This document shows positions 11,805-22,252 of a stretch of DNA of 64,000 nt, piece after piece. The notes below the pieces were generated by a model. The model worked only from the letters and a program-made list of their open reading frames with translations, made no database searches and was not told the origin of the DNA. Each line of letters starts with the position of its first letter. Position 1 is the stretch's first letter. The stretch is taken from positions 15,345-79,344 of the forward strand of contig JBAPYB010000030.1 of assembly GCA_049284515.1 (NCBI GenBank), given 5' to 3'. Origin of the DNA: Thermoanaerobaculia bacterium (lineage in GTDB: Bacteria > Acidobacteriota > Thermoanaerobaculia > Multivoradales > UBA5704). Both the position numbers and the translations under genes were made by a program.

Positions 11805-12990
11805 TCAATCCGTGGAAGGGGATGACCCCGTGCGTGGCCCCATGATATACGCAGCCAGCCGCCGAGCGCCCTCGGCGAAAAGACCGGGCTCGGGGAGGAG
11901 CGAGAGGACGAGAAAGTCCTCGGTCGCGAAGTCGAAAAAATAGCCGGGGTGGACGAGCACGCCGGCCTGGCCGAGCAGCTCCAGCACCAGCTCCTCGTCA
12001 CTGATCGGCAGACAGACGCGGAGCACGGCCGACCAGCCCCCTTCGGGCTCCAGCAGCTCGAGCGCCGTTTGGCCGGCCACCGCCGCCCGGAGCGCCGACA
12101 GGTTGTCCCGAACCCTGGCGAGGATCGCGGCCCGGATGCGCGGCGCGAGCTCCAGCACACCGGCGAGGGCCTTCTGGACTGGAGTCGCCACCGAGAGGTA
12201 GCTGTCGGCCACCAGCTCCAGGGCGGCCGCGGCCCGGCGGCGCAGACCGGGCGGACCGCCGGCGCGGATCCAGCCGAGCTTCCACGAGGGGAGACCGGCG
12301 CTTTTCGAGAGCCCGCCGAGCGAAAAGGTCAGCGCTTCCCCGCTGGCCGCGGCGGGTCCGGAGCGGTGCGGATCGGCAAGGAACGAATAGCCGGCAAAAA
12401 CCTCGTCCGAGATCAGCGGCAGGCCGCGGGAGGCGCAGAGGGAGGCCACGGCCGCCAGCTCCGCGGACGAGAGGAAGCGGCCCGTCGGATTCCCCGGGTG
12501 AATCAAGGCGAGCAGCCGCGTTCGCGGCGTGAGCGCCAGCTCCACCGCCTCCGGTTCCAGGGCGAAGCCCCTCCCGGGTGCCAGGTGAAAACGGCTGAGG
12601 ACGAGGGACTCCAACGCCGCCAGGCTGTCGAGCAGCGGATACGAGGGAGCGGCCGTCAGCACCTCATCCTGCGGGTCGGCGAAGAGCTTGAAGAGATAGG
12701 AGTAGGACTCGCTCGTCGAGGCCGTGAGCACGAGGTCGTCTGGCGCCACCGGGTCGCCCGGCGTGGAGAGGGCGGCGGCCAGGGCCTCGCGCGCCTCCGG
12801 GATGCCCAAGGGGTGAGGCTCATAGTCCGCAGCCGCGCCACGGCGCAGGAGCTCCGCCAGCTCTTCCTCCGGGTATTCGAGCCCCACCCGCGTCGGGTTG
12901 GTCTCCGTGAGGTCGATCACCTCCAGACCTCGCGCCGACCGTTCCGCCATCGCCCGGGCCAGAGGATTCAGGGGCTGCTCCCAGGGCATG
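11805..12990 (-). CDS. PLP-dependent aminotransferase (class I/II fold)
   Basis: 394 aa beginning MPWEQPLNPL...; motifs NPTG and SKS(AG)LPSWKLGW for the lysine region. Only the 3' 1.2 kb of ORF 11805..14609 is genuine. Confidence 0.8.
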
Positions 12991-13118
12991 CGGCGCGAGA
13001 GATGGAGGCGGGGCACGGGGAGAGAGTCTATAGCGCCGCGCCGAATCGGCCTGCGCCTGAGGGAGCTGGAGCGGTCTGCCGCTTGCCAAGGGATACCGCC
13101 TGACCCTACGCTGGAGGC

Positions 13119-14123
13119 ATGACGACCCAAGATCTCAGCGCACCCCGCCAGCTCGGCTCCACCGGTCCCACCGTCTTTCCACTCTCTCTCGGCTGCATGG
13201 GCATGTCCGGCATGTACGGCCCGGCGGACGAGGGGGAGAGCATCGCTACCATTCACGCGGCGCTGGACCACGGCGTCACGCTGCTCGACACGGGCGACTT
13301 CTACGGCATGGGGCACAACGAGATGCTCATCGGCCGGGCGCTCCGCGACCGCCGGGGTAAGGCCCTCCTGTCGGTGAAGTTCGGGGCGCTGCGCAGCCCG
13401 GACGGGAGCTGGCTCGGTTTCGACGCCCGTCCCGCGGCGGTCAAGAATTCCCTGGCGCACAGCCTCAACCGCCTCGGCGTCGACCACATCGACGTCTACC
13501 GCCCGGCCCGTCTCGACCCCGCGGTGCCGATCGAAGAGACCGTGGGCGCCATCGCCGACCTGGTGCAGGCGGGATACGTCCGCGCCATCGGGCTGTCGGA
13601 GGTGGGGCCGGAGACCATCCGCCGGGCCGCCGCCGTGCACCCGATCTGCGACCTCCAGATCGAGTACTCCCTCATCACGCGCGGGCCCGAGGAGCAGATC
13701 TTCCCGCTGCTCGCGGAGCTCGGCATCGGCGTCACCGCCTACGGTGTGCTGTCGCGCGGGCTGCTCAGCGGCTCGCAGCCGGCGGCGAAGGGGGACTTCC
13801 GTGCCTATCTCCCCCGCTTCACCGGCGAGAACCGCGAGCGCAACGAGCGCCTCGTCGCGGCGCTGCAAGCGCTCGCGGCCGAAAAAGGGGTGCGGCCTGT
13901 GCAGCTCGCCATCGCCTGGGTGCTGGCCAAGGACCAGCGCATCGTGCCCGTGGTGGGCGCGCGGACGAGGACGCAGCTCACGGAGTCGCTCGGCGCGCTC
14001 CAAGTTGAGCTGACCCCAGCCGACCTCGCCCGTATCGAGGAGGCCGTGCCGGCCGCGAGCGTCGCCGGCACCCGCTACGACGAGCACCAGATGCGGATGC
14101 TGGACAGCGAGCGGAGAGCCTAG
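13119..14123 (+). CDS. Aldo/keto reductase
   Basis: 334 aa with the AKR signature (LDTGDFYG, IGLSE). Confidence 0.85.
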   Translation: MTTQDLSAPRQLGSTGPTVFPLSLGCMGMSGMYGPADEGESIATIHAALDHGVTLLDTGDFYGMGHNEMLIGRALRDRRGKALLSVKFGALRSPDGSWLGFDARPAAVKNSLAHSLNRLGVDHIDVYRPARLDPAVPIEETVGAIADLVQAGYVRAIGLSEVGPETIRRAAAVHPICDLQIEYSLITRGPEEQIFPLLAELGIGVTAYGVLSRGLLSGSQPAAKGDFRAYLPRFTGENRERNERLVAALQALAAEKGVRPVQLAIAWVLAKDQRIVPVVGARTRTQLTESLGALQVELTPADLARIEEAVPAASVAGTRYDEHQMRMLDSERRA

Positions 14124-14131
14124 GTCCCGAT

Positions 14132-14869
14132 CTACCCGTAGGTCGGCCGCTGGGGCCAGCCGGGGGGCGAATCTTCGAAATCCTCCTGCCGCCCGTAGGG
14201 CGTCACGTCGAGGAGCCGGAAGGAATCGGTGAGCGATTCGACGCCCCGCGCGTACGCCGAGTAGGTGTGGAAGAGGTCGTCGTCGAGCTGGAAGAAGACG
14301 CTCAGGCCGTGCGCCTCTCCCTCCATCTGGACGGAATGGCCCACCGCCGCCTCCATCTCGGCCTTGTTCCGGAAGTTGTACTCCTGGGGAGCGACCTTCG
14401 GGTCCAGCGTCACGTGGAAATCGTAGTTGAAGTCGCTGCCGAACGAGGAGAACCAGTGGATGTCCCAGCCCTTTTGGGCTTTGTAGGCTTCGAGCTTGGC
14501 GAGCGGCGCCCGCGACACCACGGCGAACGTCGTGTCCCGGCTCTCCATCAGCGACAGGTCGCCCAGCGAGTCGATGAATCCCGTGCAGCCCGGGCACCCC
14601 TTGTCCCACTTCGGGTCGAACATGAAGTGATAGACGATGAGCTGGCGGCGACCCGCGAAGAGGTCCGCGAGACTCACCTTGCCCTGCGGACCCTCGAAGA
14701 CGTAGTCCTTTTCGATCCTCACCATGGGAAGCCGCCGCCGTTCGGCGTTCAGGCGGTCGTAGCGCTTGGTGAGCTCTTTTTCATGCTCCAGAAGAGCCTT
14801 CCGTTGGGAAAGCCACTCCTTTTGCGAAACGATCGGCGGATGGGGGATGGTGCTCGTTGCCGTTGTCAT
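14132..14869 (-). CDS. DUF899 thioredoxin-like family protein
   Basis: 245 aa with CPGC motif and the DUF899 architecture. Confidence 0.75.
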   Translation of the reverse strand: MTTATSTIPHPPIVSQKEWLSQRKALLEHEKELTKRYDRLNAERRRLPMVRIEKDYVFEGPQGKVSLADLFAGRRQLIVYHFMFDPKWDKGCPGCTGFIDSLGDLSLMESRDTTFAVVSRAPLAKLEAYKAQKGWDIHWFSSFGSDFNYDFHVTLDPKVAPQEYNFRNKAEMEAAVGHSVQMEGEAHGLSVFFQLDDDLFHTYSAYARGVESLTDSFRLLDVTPYGRQEDFEDSPPGWPQRPTYG

Positions 14870-15008
14870 GGTTCCACCTCCTTGAAGCTGGCACGGGCGT
14901 CCGAAGACGCCCGTTCAAAGTCGTGCACGCCCGGTGCCAGCACAGGCCGCGCTACTGCCGTATCCCGTCCCCGCGATACAATCCCCGCCCATCGAGAAGG
15001 GAGACACG

Positions 15009-16691
15009 ATGAAGAGTTGGCTCTACTGCCTTGCCGGGCTCGTGGCCGCGGCGAACCTCGCCGCCCAGGAGACGCCCTACGACCTGGTGATCCGCAACGG
15101 CCGCATCGTGGACGGCACGGGCTCGCCCTGGTACGCGGGCGACGTGGCCATCCGCGGCGGCCGGATCGCCGCCATCGGCCATCTCGGCACGGAGGTATCC
15201 GCGAAGAGGACGATCGATGCCGCGGGCAAGGTGGTGGCGCCCGGGTTCATCGACATGCTGGGCCAGTCGGAGCTGACGATCCTCGTCGAGCCGCACCTGC
15301 CGTCGAAGATCTACCAGGGGATCACCACCGAGATCACGGGCGAGGGGGGCTCCGCCGCGCCGCAATCCGACGCGCTCGTCAAGGCCGACAAAGTTGGCTA
15401 CGAGCACCTCCACCTCAACGCGGACTGGCGGACCTACGGCGAGTACTTCGCCCGCCTCGAAAAGCAGGGGATCGGCATCAACGTCGCCGACTACGTGGGC
15501 GCCACCCAGGTGCGGCGGATGGTCCTGGGCGACGACGACAAGCAGCCCACGCCGGCTCAGCTCGAGCAGATGCGCGCCCTGGTGCGCGAGGCCATGGAAC
15601 AGGGCGCCGTCGGCGTCTCGACCTCGCTCCAATACCCGCCCGCTCCGTACGCCAAGACCGAGGAGCTGATCGCCCTCGCCGCCGAGGCCGCCCGCTACGG
15701 CGGCATCTATGCCTCTCACATGCGCAGCGAAGGGGACGCCGTCATCCCGGCCCTCGACGAGGCCATCCGCATCGGCCGCGAGGCCCGGATCCCGGTCGAA
15801 ATCTGGCACCTCAAGGTGGCGGGCAAGACCAACTGGGGCCGCATGCCCGAGGTGGTGGCCAAGATCGAAGCGGCCCGCCGCGCCGGTGTCGACATCGCCG
15901 CGGACACCTACGCCTATCCCGCCTGGTACAACAGCCTCTCGGCCTTCGTGCCGCCCTGGGCCCACGACGGCGGCACGGCGAAGCTCATCGAGAGGCTGCG
16001 CGATCCGGCGATGCGGGCACGCATTCGCAAGGACATGGAGACTCCGTCCGCAGAGTGGGACAACGAATGGCACGAGATTCCCGGGCCCGAGGCGATCCTC
16101 CTCTGCTCGCTGCACGCTCCGGCCCTCAAACCCCTGGTCGGCAAGACCCTGGCCGAGGCCGCGAAGCTCCAGGGCAAGGACCCGATCGACGAGCTGTTCG
16201 ACGTCCTCATTCAGGACGAGGCGTTCACCGGCGTCGCGGTCTTCGCCATGTCCGAGCCGGACGTTGCCCTGGCCCTGGTACAACCCTGGGTGTCGATCAA
16301 CAACGATTCCGAGGGCACCTCGACGGAGGGCCTGCTGGGCGAGCAGCACCCGCATCCACGAGCCTACGGCACCTTCCCCCGCATTCTGCGCAAATACGTG
16401 CGGGAGGAAAGGAAGCTCAGCCTGGAGGAGGCGGTCCGCAAGTTCTCCGCCCTCCCCGCCGCGCGCCTCCGCCTCGCCGACCGCGGCGTGCTCAAGGCCG
16501 GGATGTGGGCCGATGTCGTCGTCTTCGACCCGGAGACCGTGCGCGACGTCGCGACCTTCGAGAACCCCAATCAATTATCGCAAGGAATGGAGTTCGTGCT
16601 GGTCAACGGCGTGCCCGTGATCGACGGCGGCAAGACGACGGGCGCGCTGCCTGGGAAGGTGCTGCGGGGGCCGGGTTGGAAGGGCCGGTGA
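15009..16691 (+). CDS. N-acyl-D-amino-acid deacylase (D-aminoacylase) family amidohydrolase, secreted
   Basis: MKSWLYCLAGLVAAANLAAQ signal peptide; DLVIRNGRIVDGTG...APGFIDMLGQSE; SD AAGGGAGA upstream. Confidence 0.8.
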   Translation: MKSWLYCLAGLVAAANLAAQETPYDLVIRNGRIVDGTGSPWYAGDVAIRGGRIAAIGHLGTEVSAKRTIDAAGKVVAPGFIDMLGQSELTILVEPHLPSKIYQGITTEITGEGGSAAPQSDALVKADKVGYEHLHLNADWRTYGEYFARLEKQGIGINVADYVGATQVRRMVLGDDDKQPTPAQLEQMRALVREAMEQGAVGVSTSLQYPPAPYAKTEELIALAAEAARYGGIYASHMRSEGDAVIPALDEAIRIGREARIPVEIWHLKVAGKTNWGRMPEVVAKIEAARRAGVDIAADTYAYPAWYNSLSAFVPPWAHDGGTAKLIERLRDPAMRARIRKDMETPSAEWDNEWHEIPGPEAILLCSLHAPALKPLVGKTLAEAAKLQGKDPIDELFDVLIQDEAFTGVAVFAMSEPDVALALVQPWVSINNDSEGTSTEGLLGEQHPHPRAYGTFPRILRKYVREERKLSLEEAVRKFSALPAARLRLADRGVLKAGMWADVVVFDPETVRDVATFENPNQLSQGMEFVLVNGVPVIDGGKTTGALPGKVLRGPGWKGR

Positions 16692-16739
16692 GGCCGCTTG
16701 GCCTCGCCTTCACTTTCCTGTAATCTTTCCCTACCGACC

Positions 16740-17861
16740 ATGCCATTCCTCTGCCGCCACAAGCTCCCCGGGAGCGCCCAGTTCTGCGATCAGGGCCGCC
16801 CCGCCGACTCGCCTTGTGGCGCCTTCGACTACGTCCGGGTCGAGCGGCCGGAGGATCTGCCTCCCGCCGATCCCAGTCTGGTCGACATCGCCGTGCTCGA
16901 TATGAACCACGGCTGGCCGAACCTCGGCCACGACTGCCTCGTCCACGGCCTGCTCGACGCCGCCTGCGAATTGCTGCCGGTGACCGAGGAGACCGGCGTC
17001 CGTGTGCGGGCGATCTCGTTCGACGTGCGCCGCGCCGGGATGATCCCCGAGGCGCCGGGCGGCCGCTTCTCCCTCTACCTCGGCACGGGCGGCCCGGGGC
17101 ACCTCGATCCGCACGCCAACGACGGCGAGTCCGTCCAGAGCCAGGGCGTCCGCGAGGACCCCTCCTGGCAGACGCCGCTCTACCGGCTGTTCGACCGCAT
17201 CGTGGACGACGAGAGCGCGGCCCTCCTCGCCGTCTGCCACACCTTCGGCGTCCTTTGCCACTGGTCGGGGCTCGCCCGGCCGGTCTTACGCGGTCCGGAG
17301 AAGGGGGGCAAGAGCGCCGGCGTGCTGGAAAACGTGCTCGCGCCTGAATCCGGAGACCACCCCTGGTTCCGCCGTTTCGGCGAGGAGCTGGCGGAGGACA
17401 AGCGGCTGCGCATCCTCGACAGCCGCTTCTTCGACCTGATCCCGCGCCCCGGGGCGTTTCCGGCCGGCGTCATGCCCATCGGTTGGGAGACCGAGGGCGT
17501 CGGCGGCCCCCAGGGAGAAGCGCTGACGATGCTCGAATTCGCGCGCGACCGCGGCGGCATGCCGCGGGTCTTCGGCGTCAACCATCATCCCGAGATCGTC
17601 GACCGCGCGCGTCAGCTCCTGATCCTGGAGCAGAAGATCGAGCGCGGCGAGGTCTCGCCCGAGTGGGCGGCGGAGCGCCGGGAGGTGCTGACCCGCGGCT
17701 ACCCGGACGAGGACTCCGACGCCAGGCTCCGGCTGACCTCGGACTACACGCTGCTCGGCCCCTTGCGCTTCCATCTCCGGCGCCAGATGCGGTTGCGGAC
17801 CGAGTCGCTGGGCTTCCAGGCCGGCCTGCCGGAAGACCGGTTCGTCCTGCAACCCGCCTGA
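16740..17861 (+). CDS. Class I glutamine amidotransferase-like protein
   Basis: Nucleophile elbow LAVCHTFGVL and FGVNHHPE (GATase1 HPE motif). Start is uncertain: a TTG at 16698 is also possible. Confidence 0.65.
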   Translation: MPFLCRHKLPGSAQFCDQGRPADSPCGAFDYVRVERPEDLPPADPSLVDIAVLDMNHGWPNLGHDCLVHGLLDAACELLPVTEETGVRVRAISFDVRRAGMIPEAPGGRFSLYLGTGGPGHLDPHANDGESVQSQGVREDPSWQTPLYRLFDRIVDDESAALLAVCHTFGVLCHWSGLARPVLRGPEKGGKSAGVLENVLAPESGDHPWFRRFGEELAEDKRLRILDSRFFDLIPRPGAFPAGVMPIGWETEGVGGPQGEALTMLEFARDRGGMPRVFGVNHHPEIVDRARQLLILEQKIERGEVSPEWAAERREVLTRGYPDEDSDARLRLTSDYTLLGPLRFHLRRQMRLRTESLGFQAGLPEDRFVLQPA

Positions 17862-17939
17862 GGCCCACCCTGGAAGAGCTCCGCTCTCCGGGGCGCTTGG
17901 TCCCCCTTCGGGGATTCCTGTACTCTCCGCGCGACGAGC

Positions 17940-19502
17940 TTGGCTTCGTTCGGGGAGAACGCCTTGAATCCAAAGCTGCCCATTGCCGCCGATCTCACTC
18001 CTGAAGCCGAGATTGCCAGATTCCAGGAGCTCCAGCCCCGCCTCCAGGAGGTCTGGGAAGCGCTCATGATGCGCGACGAGGAGCCTCACACCTCGGTCGT
18101 CGTGCCGTCCATGACCCTCGACCAGAGCGAGCTGCGGAAGATCGACGGCGCGAGCTTCTACGAGGAGCGGCTGCTCTTTCTGCTGATCCGGCTGCGCAAT
18201 CCGCGGGCACGGGTGGTCTATGTCACCTCGCAGCCGGTGCACCCGTTGATCCTGGACTATTACTTCCAGCTCCTCGCCGGGATTCCCGCCAGCCACGCCC
18301 GCTCGCGCCTGACGCTCCTCTGCGCCTACGACGCCTCACCGCGCTCGCTCACCCAGAAGATCCTCGAACGCCCGCGCCTGATCGAGCGCATCCGCGAGGG
18401 CATCCACGATCCGTCGCGCGCCTACCTCACCGTCTTCAATTCGACGCCAGCCGAGCGCCGCCTCGCCGTGCTGCTCGGCATACCGCTCAACGGCTGCGAT
18501 CCCGACCTCTCCCACCTCGGCACCAAGTCCGGCAGCCGCAAGGTGTTCCGCCAGGCCGAGGTGCCCATGCCCGAGGGCTTCGAAGACCTCCAGAGCCGGA
18601 CCGAGGTCGAGGAGTCGCTCCTCGAGCTCGCGGCGCGGCGGCCGGGGTTGCGGCGCGCCGTCGTCAAGCTCAACGACAGCTTCTCGGGCGAAGGCAACGC
18701 CATCTTCCGCTACCCGGAAGCGGGCGGCCGGGCCGCCGTGCGGGAAGCGCTGCACCGCATCGAGCTGTCGGTAGCCAACGAGACGGTCGAAGAATACTTC
18801 GAAAAATTCAGCCGAATGGGCGGCATCGTCGAAGAGTTCATCGAAGCGCCGGAAAAGGTTTCACCCAGCGCCCAGCTCCGCATCAGCCCGCGCGGTGACG
18901 TGGTGCCCATCTCGACCCACGACCAGATCCTGGGCGGCCCTTCCGATCAGGTTTTCCTCGGCTGCAGCTTCCCCGCGCGCGACGAGTACCGGTTGCCCAT
19001 CCAGGAGCACGCGCAGCGGATCGGCGAGGTGCTCGCCAGCTACGGCGTGGTCAGCCGTTTCGCCGTCGACTTCCTGCTCTGGCGCGACGATCCCGCCGTG
19101 CCCTGGAGCCTGGCGGCCCTGGAGATCAACCTGCGGATGGGCGGCACGACCCATCCCTACCTCGCCCTCCAGTTCTTGACCGGCGGCAAGCTGGACCGCG
19201 AAACGGGGCTCTTCTTCTCCCACGCGGGAAACGCCAAGTACTACCGGGCGACGGACAACCTCCGTTCCGAGTCCTACCGCGGCCTGCTCCCCGAGGACGT
19301 GATCGACATCCTCACCGAAAACCGCCTCCACTACAGCCTGGCCACCGACTCCGGCGTCCTCTTCCACCTCATCGGCGCCGTCTCCGAATTCGGCAAGCTC
19401 GGCCTCACCGCCATCGGCAACAGCCGCGAGGAGGCGGATGCTTTGTACTACCAGACGTTGGAAGTGCTGGACCGCGAGACGGCGCCCTCAAACCGCCGGT
19501 AA
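17940..19502 (+). CDS. ATP-grasp family ligase (PGM1-like peptide/carboxylate-amine ligase)
   Basis: 520 aa. Region LGTKSGSRKVFRQAEVPMPEGF...VVKLNDSFSGEGNAIF is typical of an ATP-grasp core. TTG start is uncertain. Confidence 0.55.
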   Translation: MASFGENALNPKLPIAADLTPEAEIARFQELQPRLQEVWEALMMRDEEPHTSVVVPSMTLDQSELRKIDGASFYEERLLFLLIRLRNPRARVVYVTSQPVHPLILDYYFQLLAGIPASHARSRLTLLCAYDASPRSLTQKILERPRLIERIREGIHDPSRAYLTVFNSTPAERRLAVLLGIPLNGCDPDLSHLGTKSGSRKVFRQAEVPMPEGFEDLQSRTEVEESLLELAARRPGLRRAVVKLNDSFSGEGNAIFRYPEAGGRAAVREALHRIELSVANETVEEYFEKFSRMGGIVEEFIEAPEKVSPSAQLRISPRGDVVPISTHDQILGGPSDQVFLGCSFPARDEYRLPIQEHAQRIGEVLASYGVVSRFAVDFLLWRDDPAVPWSLAALEINLRMGGTTHPYLALQFLTGGKLDRETGLFFSHAGNAKYYRATDNLRSESYRGLLPEDVIDILTENRLHYSLATDSGVLFHLIGAVSEFGKLGLTAIGNSREEADALYYQTLEVLDRETAPSNRR

Positions 19503-19508
19503 GCAAGA

Positions 19509-21170
19509 TCACCCTCCCTGCCGCAGCTTGAAGCGTTGCAGCTTCCCCGTCTCCGTGCGCGGCAGGGTGTCCACGAACTCGATCCTGCGGGGGTATTTGT
19601 AGGGCGCGATGTGCAGCTTGACGTGGTTCTGGAGCTCCTTGGCGGTCTCGGCGCTCGGCTCGGCTCCGGGGTTCAGGATCACGAAGGCCTTGACGATCTG
19701 CCCCCGCTCTTCGTCCGGCACACCGACCACGCCGCACTCCCTCACCTTGGGGTGATGGAGCAGCACGCTCTCCACCTCAGGGCCTGCGATGTTGTGGCCG
19801 GACGAGACGATCATGTCGTCGGTCCTCGCCTGGTACCAGAAGTAGCCTTCCGCATCCCGGAGATAGGCGTCGCCCGTGAGGTTCCAGCCATGCTGCACGT
19901 ATTGCTGCTGCCGCTCGGGATCGTTGAGATAGCGGCATCCCGTGGGACCGCAGACGGCGAGCCGGCCGACGACGCCGGGCGGCACCTCGTCGCCGTTCTC
20001 GTCCACGACTTTCCCTTCATAGCCGGGAACGGGTTTGCCGGTGGAGCCCGGAATGATCTCGCCGTCCGACGTGCTGATGAACTGGTGCAACATTTCGGTG
20101 GAGCCGATGCCGTCGATGATCTCGATGCCCGTAGCGCTCTTCCAGGCCTCGAACGTCGCGGCGGGCAACGTCTCGCCCGCCGAAACGCAGCGGCGCAGGC
20201 TGGTGAGGTCGTAACCGCCGGTAAGCCCCGACATGGCGCGGTACGCCGTCGGCACGGTAAAGCAGATCGTCGCCTGGTGATCCTGGATTCCTTGCAACAG
20301 GTTCGGCGGCGAGGGCTGTTCGATCAGCAGCACGGAAGCGCCGAAACGCAGCGGAAAGAACAGCAGGCCGCCGATTCCATAGGCAAAGGCGAGCGACGGC
20401 GAGCCGCAGAAGAGGTCGTCCGCCGTGGGTTTCAGGATGTAGCGCGGAAAGCAATCGCTCACCGCCAAAGCGTCGCGGTGGAAGTGCAAGGTGCCCTTGG
20501 CCTGGCCGGTGGTGCCCGAGGTGAAGAGAATCAACGCCACGTCGTCCGCCGCCGTGTCGCAGGCGGTGAAGTCGGCGGGCTTGTTCCGCATCAGGGCTTC
20601 GAGCGAGCCCTCGCCTTCATCACCATGAAAGTGGACGACATGCGCTCCCTCTCGCGGCGAGCCGTCGGCTTTCGTGCCCATCGCCTGCTCGCACTCTTCG
20701 GCGATGCGGGCATCGGTGAGGGCGAGGCGGATGCGGGCCTTGTCGGCGATGTAGGTCAGCTCGCGCACCCGCAGCATCGGCATGGTGCAAACGACGACTC
20801 CACCCGCCTTCGCCACCGCCAGCCAGCAGGCCGCCAGCATCGGTGTGTTGGGGCCGCGCAGCAGCACCCGGTTGCCCGGGACCAATCCCAGGTCCTCGAC
20901 CAGCACGCGCGCGATGCGATTCACCGCCGCATGGAGCTCGCGATAGCTCCAACGCCCGTCCGGGAAAACGATCGCCGTCCGCTCCCCATCCCCAGCGGCG
21001 ATCCGGGCGTCGAGCAGCTCGGCGACGCAATTCAGCCGCGGCGGGTACTTGAGCTCCGGCACGCCGGAGAAGATCATCCGCGGCCACAGCTCCGGCGGCG
21101 GCAACGAGTCCCGGCAGAAGGTGTCGAGGTGAGCGCTGGGCTCGAGGGAATGGGTTGACGGGTCAGCCAT
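19509..21170 (-). CDS. AMP-dependent aryl-CoA ligase (benzoate/2-aminobenzoate-CoA ligase family)
   Basis: 553 aa with TSGTTGQAKG AMP-binding motif and GYG..E.....G family features. Confidence 0.85.
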   Translation of the reverse strand: MADPSTHSLEPSAHLDTFCRDSLPPPELWPRMIFSGVPELKYPPRLNCVAELLDARIAAGDGERTAIVFPDGRWSYRELHAAVNRIARVLVEDLGLVPGNRVLLRGPNTPMLAACWLAVAKAGGVVVCTMPMLRVRELTYIADKARIRLALTDARIAEECEQAMGTKADGSPREGAHVVHFHGDEGEGSLEALMRNKPADFTACDTAADDVALILFTSGTTGQAKGTLHFHRDALAVSDCFPRYILKPTADDLFCGSPSLAFAYGIGGLLFFPLRFGASVLLIEQPSPPNLLQGIQDHQATICFTVPTAYRAMSGLTGGYDLTSLRRCVSAGETLPAATFEAWKSATGIEIIDGIGSTEMLHQFISTSDGEIIPGSTGKPVPGYEGKVVDENGDEVPPGVVGRLAVCGPTGCRYLNDPERQQQYVQHGWNLTGDAYLRDAEGYFWYQARTDDMIVSSGHNIAGPEVESVLLHHPKVRECGVVGVPDEERGQIVKAFVILNPGAEPSAETAKELQNHVKLHIAPYKYPRRIEFVDTLPRTETGKLQRFKLRQGG

Positions 21171-21236
21171 GAGAGATCAGCTGTGGAGAGGACTAGATCT
21201 CTATGATCTCAATCAACCCCTTGTAAACCCTGGAAA

Positions 21237-21437
21237 TCATCTGGATTCCGGGTATAGAGGGGAATCTTTCAAGATCTTTCGGAATTCCGCTTTGGGAATC
21301 CATTGCCGCCTTGGAACTGGTCCTAGAACTGCCACCGGGCGACCTTCAATGGTGATCGTGAACTGCTCGCCCGATTCTGCTTGCCGCAGAACCTCGCCGC
21401 TATGGTTCCTAAGCTCACGCTGCGGGATGGTCTTCAT
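21237..21437 (-). CDS. Phd/YefM-family type II antitoxin (no cognate toxin adjacent)
   Basis: MKTIPQRELRNHSGEVLRQAESGEQFTITIEGRPVAVLGPV. The next downstream gene is the CoA ligase. Confidence 0.65.
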   Translation of the reverse strand: MKTIPQRELRNHSGEVLRQAESGEQFTITIEGRPVAVLGPVPRRQWIPKAEFRKILKDSPLYPESR

Positions 21438-21468
21438 GGCTCCGTCAGTGTAGCAGACATGCTACGAC

Positions 21469-21687
21469 CTACTCCCAGCTCGCCCTTTCAGATTCCAGGT
21501 AGGCATCGACCTCCTTCCGGATCTGGGGCTGATGGCCGCGAGCAAGTTGCCTCCGGCGAATGGCAGCCAGCACTTCCAGGTACGGTTTCCGAGGCTCGTC
21601 TTTGGGCGTATCGTCAAGGGACTTCATGACCGAGGACTCCGCGCCGATCATACCGCCAATTGGGCTCCCGGCCCGTAGTATGCTCAC
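21469..21687 (-). CDS. Small hypothetical protein (possible internal start at MKSLDD, giving 52 aa)
   Basis: ORF upstream of the Phd-like gene with no recognised family. Overlaps an alternative upstream start of the + strand GNAT. Confidence 0.3.
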   Translation of the reverse strand: MSILRAGSPIGGMIGAESSVMKSLDDTPKDEPRKPYLEVLAAIRRRQLARGHQPQIRKEVDAYLESERASWE

Positions 21688-21694
21688 TCAGCCC

Positions 21695-22234
21695 ATGATC
21701 GAGCTCTCTCCCTTCACCCCGGACGACATCGACCGTCTCATCGGCTGGATTCCCTCTCTGGAGGCCCTCCAGTTGTGGACGGCGTCCAGCTTCGACTTTC
21801 CGCTGACCCGGGAGCACCTGGAACAGCACATGGAAGAGAGCGCTCAGCGCGGCGACCGGCTGCTCTACAAGGCGATCACTCCGGCAGACGACGGCCGGGT
21901 CGTCGGTCACGTCGAGTTGGGAGCCATCGATCGCCGCAATCAGTCCCTCCGCATCGGCCGGGTCCTCGTCGACCCCGCAATCCGCGGGCGCGGTCTGGGA
22001 GCCGCAATGATGCACAGCGCTCTCGCCCTGGCCTTCGAGACGTTTCAGATGCATCGCGTGGAGCTTGCCGTCTTCAACGTCAATCCGCGAGCCATCGCCT
22101 GCTACGAACGGGTGGGTTTCCAGTACGAGGGCATGCTCCGCGAGGCATACCAGGTCCGAGGAGCGCCCGGGATTTACTGGGGCGTGATCTACATGAGCGT
22201 CCTCGCGTCGGAGTGGACGGCTCGGTCCCGATGA
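21695..22234 (+). CDS. GNAT family N-acetyltransferase
   Basis: RIGRVLVDPAIRGRGLG motif. Start chosen at MIELSPF to avoid overlap with the opposite-strand gene. Confidence 0.75.
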   Translation: MIELSPFTPDDIDRLIGWIPSLEALQLWTASSFDFPLTREHLEQHMEESAQRGDRLLYKAITPADDGRVVGHVELGAIDRRNQSLRIGRVLVDPAIRGRGLGAAMMHSALALAFETFQMHRVELAVFNVNPRAIACYERVGFQYEGMLREAYQVRGAPGIYWGVIYMSVLASEWTARSR

Positions 22235-22252
22235 GATGGGCTAAGGGCATGT

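Noticed and set aside
10147-11943. 598-aa + ORF
   Set aside because: Antisense to the MFS transporter.
14267-16723. 818-aa + ORF and 540-aa - ORF (14952..16574) overlapping the D-aminoacylase
   Set aside because: Only the 14934/15009 frame shows amidohydrolase motifs; the others are Arg/Gly/Pro-rich shadows.
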